The position numbers were made by a program, and so were the translations under genes. 64,000 bases of DNA from an uncultured Bacteroidota bacterium. Lineage in GTDB: Bacteria; Bacteroidota; Bacteroidia; Bacteroidales; VadinHA17. The DNA lies in contig CALMJY010000173.1 in NCBI GenBank assembly GCA_937864815.1, positions 687-64,686 of the forward strand. Direction: 5' to 3'. Shown here piece after piece: positions 47,797-56,263 of the stretch (positions are counted from its first letter, which is position 1; each line of letters begins with the position of its first letter). The notes beneath the pieces are model-generated. The model saw nothing but the letters and a program-made list of their open reading frames with translations. It was not told the origin of the DNA and did no database searches.

Positions 47797-49167
47797 TTAC
47801 CGCTTTTTTGCAGACAGTTGGACTTGTAATTTACTAAATACATTTCTGTAAAAATCAAGTCCTGATGAAAATATCTTATAATGTGATATATGTAATTCCC
47901 TGTCAAGAAAATAGAATCCGATCATAACCCCGAGCAGGGTGAATATTACAGAAGCAACAGCCACAGCCAGCAGAGATTTAAATATAAATACTGCAACCAG
48001 ATCGCCTATAACATTGGCAATGACCATAAAAAATACCTTAATAAGGTTTTTGTCAGGTTTATTAATACTGTCAAGACCCACGCCTGTCATTCTGTCGAGA
48101 GGAAGCAGCAGGCCGTAAAGTGAAAACACTCTTACAATGTTGGCAGTATTGACTCCGGTCATTGGATCTGTACCGATATACTGTGGTCCTCCTAATACAA
48201 GGACAAAAAAATCAGCCAGTATGAAGGTGCAGAAGCTTATAAAAATAAACAGGTATGTCATAGCACCGGAATAGTTATAGAATACCGATTTGATCTCATC
48301 AGTTTTGCCCTGAATGCTTGCTTTTGACATTTTGGGAAATGCAGTAGCGGCAAAACTGCGGAGCGGGATCATCTGTAACTCTGTAAGTTTCATCGGGATG
48401 CTGTATAGAGCGACTGCGGCAGGTCCTAAAGGACTAAGACTGATTATAAGAGTATCTGCACTTCTGAGCATATTTGTCCAGATCAGGGTAAAAGTGGTGT
48501 ATTTTCCGAAATCGAGAAGAATTTTTGTTGTTTCCCTGGTTGCTTTTGGTATGTGTCTGAGTCCATCCCAGCGCATAACCATGCAAACCAAGGAGGTTAT
48601 TGAATTGATGGCAAGCATAGCAATAATTAGTTGCATTAATGTCATTCTGGCGATGAAAAAATGAAATGCCAGAATCAGAAAAAATCCTACACTGTTTATC
48701 ACTCTAACCAGTAATATCTTACCAAACTTCTGATCGGCCTGCATTATAACAAGCGCAGTATTGAAAGGCAGCGTGATAAATGCAAGGAGCGGATACCAGA
48801 CAAAGAACAATTCATAGCCGGCTTTTCTTATGGGTTCTTCAAAGAAGTACCGGGAAACGATAAGAGTAACAGCTATGAGTATCGTTGCAACCAATCCTAT
48901 AAGCCCGTTTGATCCGATGAATTTCATCCTGTCATGGCCCTCTGTTCCGGATAGATAACGTACTACTGCAGTGTTGGTGATCCCGAACCGGAACATCTCA
49001 ATAAAGGTGCCCGATGATATGAACAACACATACTCTCCGAACTGATCCACGGGAAAACTCCTTGCCAGGAGGGCAAATCCTGCAAATCCGAAGATGGCGA
49101 TTGCCATATTCCCTGCAAGGGAGAGAAAGTTATCCTCACTTACTATTTTTTTAATTGTTTTTTCCAA
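47797..49167 (-). CDS. wzx: Wzx-type oligosaccharide flippase (MOP superfamily)
   Basis: It is 456 aa with ~12-14 TM segments and sits in the EPS locus. Confidence 0.78.
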   Translation of the reverse strand: MEKTIKKIVSEDNFLSLAGNMAIAIFGFAGFALLARSFPVDQFGEYVLFISSGTFIEMFRFGITNTAVVRYLSGTEGHDRMKFIGSNGLIGLVATILIAVTLIVSRYFFEEPIRKAGYELFFVWYPLLAFITLPFNTALVIMQADQKFGKILLVRVINSVGFFLILAFHFFIARMTLMQLIIAMLAINSITSLVCMVMRWDGLRHIPKATRETTKILLDFGKYTTFTLIWTNMLRSADTLIISLSPLGPAAVALYSIPMKLTELQMIPLRSFAATAFPKMSKASIQGKTDEIKSVFYNYSGAMTYLFIFISFCTFILADFFVLVLGGPQYIGTDPMTGVNTANIVRVFSLYGLLLPLDRMTGVGLDSINKPDKNLIKVFFMVIANVIGDLVAVFIFKSLLAVAVASVIFTLLGVMIGFYFLDRELHISHYKIFSSGLDFYRNVFSKLQVQLSAKKR

Positions 49168-49179
49168 AAGCTCTGCAGA

Positions 49180-51576
49180 TTATATTTGACTTTCAGAAAA
49201 AAACTGAAACCTGAAGAAATTCTTCATTTTACGCCTCAATATGCTTCTCTCTTTTGGTAGTTCACCCATAACAGATTCAACAGCAAGTAGTTCAACTCCG
49301 TTAAGAATAAAATGGATCTTATTCTGAGCGACTTTTTCAAGGGCATCAAGAACTGATTGGTCAGCCACTGACCAGTTCCTGTTTGACCTTACTACCAGCA
49401 GTGGTATGTCAGCAGCAGAAATCAGGCTGGCAGGGTATGGATAATACAATACCGGTGGAATTTCAATCAGCACATAATCAGGAATATACTGTAAGGTGAT
49501 ATTATTTTGTTCCAGGATTTCCTTATAGTCCTTTACATTGTAAAACTTATCATCAACCTTGTAAGTAAAGTAGTGGTCATTACCAAGATATGATTCAGAA
49601 TCACTGAGGAAGAGGCTTCCATAATCCACCCTTGGATCAGGATAACCGAGGAGCCTGCTAAGGAAAGGAAACTGTCTTATTCTTCTTATCTTTCCGGCCA
49701 GAGAAACCGGTAATTCAGCTTTGGGACTGTTCATCTGAATTACTTCGAATTTCTCAAGTGATTCATGAGAATAGCTTAACATAAGAATACTCCTGCCCTG
49801 ACGTAGCAGCTTGCCGGCAAGATTACCAGCTATTGTTGTTTTACCTTCATTATTCATTGTGCTGAAGATAATAAAGGTACAGGTGTTATTTCTTTTACCG
49901 GTGCTCTTCAGATACAGATCTGCATTCTGGATTGTAAGTTCAAGAAGCCTGTTAACAATAAATGTAAAATTGACTGTTCCCACATTCAGTAGGAATTTTG
50001 GAATGACACCTAGGAACGGAATTTTTAATGTATGTGCAGCTTTTAACGGATTCTTAAGTGTTTCATCGAAATATTCCATTGCAAATATTGCTGACAAAAC
50101 TATTGCCAGACCGGCCAATGCTGCAGCCAGCACAAGCAGTTTCCGTTTTGTGGGTATTGGATTAAGAGGATAATACGGGGGATCAACAGCTTTAATATTA
50201 GATGAAAACTCATTATCCTGTAACCTAAGGTTGGCAAGGTTCAGTCCATGAAGTATCTCAAGATATTCACTTTCCGAAACTGATATTTCTCTTTCAATCC
50301 TCTTCAGATTGGCTCCCGCCGGAGCATAAATCTCATATTGCCGGAGAAACTCATTGTAGTTTTCTGACATTACCTGAAGGCTCGCCTTTGCATCTTCAAA
50401 ATCAATTGTTTTATTGAGCCATTCAGTAAGAATATCTTTAACCGGTAGACCTTCAATAGTGTTTCCATAAATAAAAAGCTGGTTGACATCCTTCTTTATC
50501 TCTTCCTTCAGATTCTCTGCCGTCAGTTTTAAATCTACCAGCTTCCGGATATCAGCTTCATCGGACGAAAGCCTTGATTCTGCTGCGGCTATCTGATAAC
50601 TGATCTCACCCAGCCTGTTCTTTTTTTCGAGCACATCAGCACTCTTTATCTGTATCTGCTGCTGTGCGGTAAGTTTCTCCTCAATCCGTTTTATTGAAGC
50701 TTCCAGACCGGCAATTTCGACTATTTTGTTTTTATATTCGGACCCCATTTCTTCCTTAACCATTGCAACAGCCTTACTTTGCTCATAATAGTTAATTATA
50801 TTATTTTCCATATTAAAGGCCAGAAGCTTATCTTCAGCTTTTTTGAGCTTTGCTGCTGCCATTGAGAGTTCGGTTTCAAAATATTTTACAATCGCATCCG
50901 ACCGGTTTTCTTTAATATGTTTGAAGTTTCTGATACATACCTCATTCATAATTTCAAGAGTCTGCTGACATATTCCGGGATCATCAGCCTGGTAATCCAT
51001 TTTAAGAAGGTCGCTGCTGAATATCCTCTGGACCCTGATGGATGAAATTGCACTGACAGAATAATGCGGATGTGTATAATTAAGCAGCTTGTAAACGAAA
51101 TTAGTATCACTGCTGTGCATAAGGCCGGTGAGGTTTTTAACTGTAAGTTCATAGGCACTTGAATCAGAGAGGGAACCATCGCCAATGTTTCTGTTGGCAA
51201 CAAGACTGTGTATATACAGGGGGGTGATCTCCTTAAGCTTATTGAAAGACTTTAAGGAAATGTACTTGGGATTATAATCAGTCATCATCAGATGACGGCT
51301 CAGCAACCTTATCGCCACTTCATTCTGAGTTTCGCGTGACTTGATAATATTTATCAGGTTATCAAAAGCGGTATTTGTAGCTGCAAAGTTGAAAGTTTTA
51401 TTCATTTCCACCGACAACCCTGTTGCGAGTCCTGTGTAGAGGGTTGTCTGTGAGGCATAGGAGAATGTTGGCTTTCTGGTTATAAATGCAACCATACCTG
51501 CCAGCAGGAGAGGAAAAACCACCAGAAGTACGATATGCTTTCGAACCAGTCGTATGATATCTATTATACTTATCAT
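49180..51576 (-). CDS. Polysaccharide co-polymerase / chain-length determinant with a degenerate BY-kinase-like domain
   Basis: It has an N-terminal TM segment, a long coiled coil and a second TM segment. The P-loop-like STMNNEGKTT is present, and there is no C-terminal Tyr cluster. Confidence 0.72.
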   Translation of the reverse strand: MISIIDIIRLVRKHIVLLVVFPLLLAGMVAFITRKPTFSYASQTTLYTGLATGLSVEMNKTFNFAATNTAFDNLINIIKSRETQNEVAIRLLSRHLMMTDYNPKYISLKSFNKLKEITPLYIHSLVANRNIGDGSLSDSSAYELTVKNLTGLMHSSDTNFVYKLLNYTHPHYSVSAISSIRVQRIFSSDLLKMDYQADDPGICQQTLEIMNEVCIRNFKHIKENRSDAIVKYFETELSMAAAKLKKAEDKLLAFNMENNIINYYEQSKAVAMVKEEMGSEYKNKIVEIAGLEASIKRIEEKLTAQQQIQIKSADVLEKKNRLGEISYQIAAAESRLSSDEADIRKLVDLKLTAENLKEEIKKDVNQLFIYGNTIEGLPVKDILTEWLNKTIDFEDAKASLQVMSENYNEFLRQYEIYAPAGANLKRIEREISVSESEYLEILHGLNLANLRLQDNEFSSNIKAVDPPYYPLNPIPTKRKLLVLAAALAGLAIVLSAIFAMEYFDETLKNPLKAAHTLKIPFLGVIPKFLLNVGTVNFTFIVNRLLELTIQNADLYLKSTGKRNNTCTFIIFSTMNNEGKTTIAGNLAGKLLRQGRSILMLSYSHESLEKFEVIQMNSPKAELPVSLAGKIRRIRQFPFLSRLLGYPDPRVDYGSLFLSDSESYLGNDHYFTYKVDDKFYNVKDYKEILEQNNITLQYIPDYVLIEIPPVLYYPYPASLISAADIPLLVVRSNRNWSVADQSVLDALEKVAQNKIHFILNGVELLAVESVMGELPKERSILRRKMKNFFRFQFFSESQI

Positions 51577-52322
51577 TTCCCTGAATTGTTGCTAACATTA
51601 ATTTTAAAACCTACCATTTCTTCAAGGATCATCAGCGAGGTTATCAGTTCACTCTTCGCAGATTCAAAATCGGCTTCAGCTGATGATGCAATCTCTGATA
51701 TACGTGCATATTCGCTTACAGTTACATGCCCGTTCGTAAATTCAGCTTCCACCATTTCCATATTAATTCTGGCATTGCCCAGGCTTCGTGATTTTATCTT
51801 CAGCATCTTTTGTTTAAGAAGTACGTCATTGTAATGTGTGATAATTGATTGCCGGAGTTCACTGAGTTGAGCATCCGCCATACTGGCAGCCTGACCGAGT
51901 TCAGATGTTGCCTGTTTGATCTGGTTTTTCCTGTTCACGAAATCATAAAAAGGGAATTTTATGAAAGCTCCCACACCATAATTCAGTTGATTGCTCCTTG
52001 ATGCATATATATAAGGATTCTGTCCGTCAGTGGCATTTGAAGTGAAGATGTCAAATGTTCCATACCTCATATCAGCCTGGACACCAAGATTCCGGATCCA
52101 GTAATTCTTTTGTGATTGCAGGTTTGAAGCTTTTGCGTTTACTTCATGTTCACGGAATTTTATCATTGGATTATGTATGGTTGCAGAATCGATTAGAACA
52201 CTTAGTGGCGGAAGTACAATTTCAAAATCATCCGGAGATACATCCTGTATCTTAGAACCCTGCCCGTTTGCAGGTAGCAGGCCACTTAACAGAAGTAACA
52301 GAAAGATTATTAATGGACGCAT
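51573..52322 (-). CDS. Half-size TolC-like outer-membrane protein
   Basis: It has a signal peptide (MRPLIIFLLLLLSGLLPANG) and helical/beta repeats resembling the OEP family. It shares an ATGA overlap with the co-polymerase gene. Confidence 0.5.
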   Translation of the reverse strand: MRPLIIFLLLLLSGLLPANGQGSKIQDVSPDDFEIVLPPLSVLIDSATIHNPMIKFREHEVNAKASNLQSQKNYWIRNLGVQADMRYGTFDIFTSNATDGQNPYIYASRSNQLNYGVGAFIKFPFYDFVNRKNQIKQATSELGQAASMADAQLSELRQSIITHYNDVLLKQKMLKIKSRSLGNARINMEMVEAEFTNGHVTVSEYARISEIASSAEADFESAKSELITSLMILEEMVGFKINVSNNSGK

Positions 52323-52343
52323 ATTCTGTAAATTGAATATTAA

Positions 52344-53564
52344 TTATACTGAGTCTTTTTGAAATAGTGCCGGGAATGTTCTGAGTATAAGTTTAATATC
52401 ATACCAGAAAGAGTATCTGTCCCCGGTAAAATGATCTGCATACTCATTGTCAAGCTTTTTTCGTTCATCTTCTGACATATTACCACCACGTCCTCTCAAT
52501 TCTACCTGCCACAGACCTGTAATACCGGCCGGGGCAAGAAATCTTTTTGACATGGCATCTATTGTAAGCAGTTCAGCTTCATAGACAGGCAATGGTCTGT
52601 TTCCAACTATCGACATATCGCCTTTCAGAACGTTAATAAGCTGGGGGAGTTCATCTATACTTGTATTCCTGATAATCATACCTACCCAGGTAATACGGGG
52701 GTCGTCAACTATTTTTACATATGCTGACTTCGTTTTCGCAATTTCTCTTTTCTGGGTAGTGTACCAGTAATCACAGATGATATGGTTATCAATGTGAAGC
52801 ACAGGTGAACATTTTGTCCCGTCTCGCAGTTCGCTGCACTTCGGACAAGGAACTGAGAAATCGATTTCTGACTGACTGGACCGTGTCTTATACTGATTTT
52901 TTTCCTTTGCTAGTTTATTTAGTTCAGCATCAGATCCCTGACGCATGGACCTAAGCTTGTAAAAATCAAATGTTTTTCTGCCTACTCTTTTTGAGACATA
53001 ATAGACACTGCCTTTTGATTCAAGTCTGATCGCCAGCATTATGAGAAGGATAAGCGGTGAAAGAACAAGCATGGCACCTCCTGCAACTGCTATATCAAAA
53101 AGACGTTTTGTGACAGGCATTCTGTAAACCAATTGCTTCTGAGTTTGGGATGATGAGTTTTCTGATTTCATCCTGAATGAATACAGGAAACTGATCCTGC
53201 TTACAAGGTCTTCAGTTTTTGGAAAAGGTTCAACATAATAATCGTCAATACGCCTTGCAAAGGCATTTCTCATCTGCTCTTCCCTGAATTCCGGAGATAT
53301 CAGAATAAATGGGATACCATTTAGACTACTATGCGCCCTTATCCATTCATGAATATGAAATCCATCGCCTCCCGGTATTGTCACTTCACAGATAACAGAG
53401 TAAATATTTCTTTCGGATTTCAGTAAACTGACAGCCTGTAGAGCACTTTCAGCAATCGTAAGTGCAATACCTGACGATGCTCTTATCCTGCTTATGTTTT
53501 CAGCCGAACTGCCTATGTAGAGAATATTCCTTATTTCTTCCATTTTCTGTATATTTATTACCAC
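52344..53564 (-). CDS. Priming sugar transferase (bacterial sugar transferase family) with an N-terminal degenerate receiver domain
   Basis: The C-terminus has RLFDI..KLRSM..DDPRIT..DELPQLINVLKGDMSIVGNRPLP. The N-terminus has a REC-like fold with ICEVTIPGGDG and YYVEPF. The start is either GTG 53564 or ATG 53543. Confidence 0.85.
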   Translation of the reverse strand: MVINIQKMEEIRNILYIGSSAENISRIRASSGIALTIAESALQAVSLLKSERNIYSVICEVTIPGGDGFHIHEWIRAHSSLNGIPFILISPEFREEQMRNAFARRIDDYYVEPFPKTEDLVSRISFLYSFRMKSENSSSQTQKQLVYRMPVTKRLFDIAVAGGAMLVLSPLILLIMLAIRLESKGSVYYVSKRVGRKTFDFYKLRSMRQGSDAELNKLAKEKNQYKTRSSQSEIDFSVPCPKCSELRDGTKCSPVLHIDNHIICDYWYTTQKREIAKTKSAYVKIVDDPRITWVGMIIRNTSIDELPQLINVLKGDMSIVGNRPLPVYEAELLTIDAMSKRFLAPAGITGLWQVELRGRGGNMSEDERKKLDNEYADHFTGDRYSFWYDIKLILRTFPALFQKDSV

Positions 53565-53950
53565 TTTACAGCATAATGAATAGGGTACAGGTTCTTTTTC
53601 ACAATCTCTTCAAGCTCCTCCGGATTAAATGGTTTGGTAAGATAATCCTGGGCACCGAGCCTGTAGCATTTTATTCTTTCTTTGCTTGCATCCTGAGCTG
53701 AAAGCATTATTACTGGGGTATGCTTCGTGTAGCCTCTTTGTCTGACCTTTTCAAGAAATTCATATCCATTCTGGTTAGGCATCTGGATATCACAGATTAT
53801 AAGGTGCGGCTGATTTCCTTCAAGCCACTCAAGAGCCTCATTACCATCTCCTTTACAGATTATGTCATAATCCTTTGAAAGAAAATTTTCGAGGAGCAGA
53901 CGAATACTTAGTTCGTCATCGATTACGAGAATTTTGTGCTTCATACTCAC
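53558..53950 (-). CDS. Single-domain response regulator at the head of the EPS locus
   Basis: It has canonical REC residues: ILVIDDE..ICDIQMPNQNG..LSA..TKPF. Confidence 0.9.
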   Translation of the reverse strand: MSMKHKILVIDDELSIRLLLENFLSKDYDIICKGDGNEALEWLEGNQPHLIICDIQMPNQNGYEFLEKVRQRGYTKHTPVIMLSAQDASKERIKCYRLGAQDYLTKPFNPEELEEIVKKNLYPIHYAVKW

Positions 53951-54121
53951 TAAAAATTTGCAATTATTCTTAGATTTAATAATATCCGGAAAAATCCATT
54001 AATACATTGCATACGCCGATTAATCTGACCACATGGCGCCGGAGTAAATTGACCACATCGAAGTTGGTCCTTTAAAAAGAGCTTTCTCACGGTAAAAAGT
54101 GGTTATACAAATTTATCTTTT

Positions 54122-54486
54122 TTAATTCAATATTTCCATATTTTTATGTCTTTCCCTGGTCTTTCTCAGAGATTCCCCCCTGAGCTCGATCCTGTGTGCA
54201 TCATGAACTATCCTGTCGAGGATAGCGTCTGCAATGGTTTTTTCTCCAAATAACTTCATGCCAGCAGTTAACAGGAAGTTGTGAAGTTATAATCATTGAG
54301 GACTTTTTATGACGGTCTTCCACAATTTCCATCAGTGCTGAGCGGCTCTGATTATCGATTGGCACAAGGCCGAAGTCATCGATTATCAGAAGATCCTGCC
54401 TCTCTATTTTTGATATCTCTCTGAGATACGATCCGTCTGCCTTGCCCATCTTTAGCCTGGAGAAGAGTTTTCCAAGGTTTGCATAA
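54122..54486 (-). pseudogene. IstB-like (IS21 helper ATPase) gene remnant, 5'-truncated and frameshifted
   Basis: It reads ..[48 protein letters not shown], then a frameshift, then [28 protein letters not shown]... Direct repeats TGACCACAT at ~54040-54075 look like an IS21-type end. Confidence 0.7.
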
Positions 54487-55099
54487 TGCAAATCGTCAGC
54501 CAAATGTTTACCAGTAATATCATAAATTTAAGGTGTGGTTTTTAACATTAACCACACAATAAAATGGAAGAAAACAACCAGAAAAAGAGTGCTACACAAA
54601 TCGTAAAAGAGATTAAAAGGCGGACCCGCCGTAAATTTACAGCTGAAGAAAAAATCAAGATCGTACTTGAAGGCATGCGAGGCGAAGACACCATCGCTGC
54701 TATATGCCGTAAATATGCTATCCATCAGAATAACTACTTCAAGTGGAGTAAAGAGTTCATCGAAGCAGGGAAGCGAAGGCTAAGCGGCGATACCCTTCGT
54801 GAAGCCACCCGGGATGAAGTGGCAGATCTTCGCAGGATGAACGATCTGCTTAAGCGTGAGCTCGGCGAAATGTACATTGAAAACAAGGAGCTAAAAAAAA
54901 CCTTGACTGGCTTAGAGTCCGAAGAATTATAAAACTTAAGAAGTATATGAGACTAAGCCAGGATGAAAAGATCGAGATTATTAATCTTGTAGATAACTCT
55001 GATCTGAGCGCCAGCCGTACTTTAAAGGAATTAGGCATTCATAAGAAAACCTTCTATAACTGGTACAAGCGGTATCTTGATGAGGGTATTGACGGCCTT
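54487..55099 (+). mobile_element. IS3-family element, left end only (IRL + orfA + 5' ~50 codons of orfB)
   Basis: It starts TGCAAATCGTCAGCCAAATGTTTACCAGTAA. The orfB fragment MRLSQDEKIEIINLVDNSDLSASRTLKELGIHKKTFYNWYKRYLDEGIDGL ends at ~55099. Confidence 0.8.
54564..54932 (+). CDS. IS3-family transposase OrfA (HTH)
   Basis: It is 122 aa with ..FTAEEKIKIVLEGMRGEDTIAAICRKYAIHQNNYFKWSKEFIEAGKRRL.. and a leucine-zipper-like tail. Confidence 0.8.
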   Translation: MEENNQKKSATQIVKEIKRRTRRKFTAEEKIKIVLEGMRGEDTIAAICRKYAIHQNNYFKWSKEFIEAGKRRLSGDTLREATRDEVADLRRMNDLLKRELGEMYIENKELKKTLTGLESEEL

Positions 55100-55738
55100 T
55101 GGCTTTTGTTGCCAGGCCGTCAAAGCCCCCCTCAAGATACCTTCGGTACCAGTTGTAGAATGTGCGTTTGTGTATTCCCAGTTCCTGTAAAGTCCTGTTA
55201 GCGCTTAGATCAGACCCATCCACCAGACGGATGATCTCATATTTTTCCTCTTGAGTGAACCGCATATACTTCTTGTTTTTTACGATTCTTCTGACTCTAA
55301 GCCAGTCAAGGTTTTTTTTAACTCCTTGTTGTCTATGTATAACTCGCCAAGTTCACGCTTCAGGAGATCATTCATTCTTCGAAGCTCTGTTACTTCATCC
55401 CTGGTTGCTTCACGAAGCGTGTCGCCGCTTAATCTGCGCTTGCCAGCTTCGATAAACTCCTTGCTCCATTTGAAGTAATTGTTAGTGTGAATGGCATATT
55501 TCCGGCAGATTGCTGCGATGGTATCTTCACCACGCATACCTTCAAGAACGATCTTAATCTTTTCCTCAGCAGTGAAAGTTCGACGGGTCCGTCTTTTGAT
55601 CTCTTTTACGACTTGTTCTGCACTCTGTTTTTTGCTCTTTTCTTCCATTTTTAAGTGTGGTTTAGTGGTAAACATTAATTTAAAAACCACACCTTAAATT
55701 TATATCTTTACTGGTAAACATTTGGCTGACGATTTACA
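55100..55738 (-). mobile_element. Second, ~80%-identical IS3-family left end in inverted orientation
   Basis: In its own sense the outer end reads TGTAAATCGTCAGCCAAATGTTTACCAGTAA. The orfB fragment MRFTQEEKYEIIRLVDGSDLSANRTLQELGIHKRTFYNWYRRYLEGGFDGLATKAKG stops at the junction. Confidence 0.8.
55280..55648 (-). CDS. IS3-family transposase OrfA (second copy)
   Basis: It starts MEEKSKKQSAEQVVKEIKRRTRRTFTAEEKIKIVLEGMRGEDTIAAICRKYAIH... The start is taken at Met15 of the tracked ORF. Confidence 0.8.
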   Translation of the reverse strand: MEEKSKKQSAEQVVKEIKRRTRRTFTAEEKIKIVLEGMRGEDTIAAICRKYAIHTNNYFKWSKEFIEAGKRRLSGDTLREATRDEVTELRRMNDLLKRELGELYIDNKELKKTLTGLESEES

Positions 55739-56163
55739 ATTGCAAATTCGGTTGGAGTGAAGGTCCTTTCAATATTTCCAACGTCATCCGTGAATGGTAT
55801 TGCCCCCAGAGAAGAATATTTAAAACTCGCAGCTGTCACCTGTTTCTTATCAAATCTCTTATAACCTGAAAGATATGCTATGTTAATATCAGGATTTAGA
55901 GCTCTAAGCCAAGGAGTATATGAAATTCCAATCCCTCCATTCCCGGTGATGAATGTAAATTTGGCAGGATTCCAGAACATGCTGAAACAATCGGGTAAAG
56001 TGGCCACACCAACATCGCCCATTGCTCCCGCTCTGGAATCCGGAACGATTGTAAGAAAGGGAACTACAGTCTGTATCGGGTTATTATTCTCCTGGGCATT
56101 CAGCCTGAAATGAATTAAAAATGCAGCTAAGATAAATACAACAATAAGTAGGTTAGGTTTCAT
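55739..56163 (-). pseudogene. porV: porV (type IX secretion outer-membrane protein) 5' fragment truncated by the IS3 end
   Basis: It has a signal peptide plus VVPFLTIVPDSRAGAMGDVGVATLPD..WNPAKF, typical of the PorV/LptO N-terminus. Only ~140 aa remain before the IS sequence. Confidence 0.7.
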
Positions 56164-56263
56164 ATCTGGGTTTAGTTTAATATCCTCTCAGGTCAACTAA
56201 AAACAGAATCTGAATGACTTCTATTATGTACTTCCTGATAATATTTTGTTACAAAAACATTAA

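Noticed and set aside
54947-55265. ORFs 54947..55201 (+) and 54981..55265 (-) could be complete small genes.
   Set aside because: Only their first ~50-58 codons are IS3 orfB-like. Past ~55100 each reads the reverse complement of the other IS copy.
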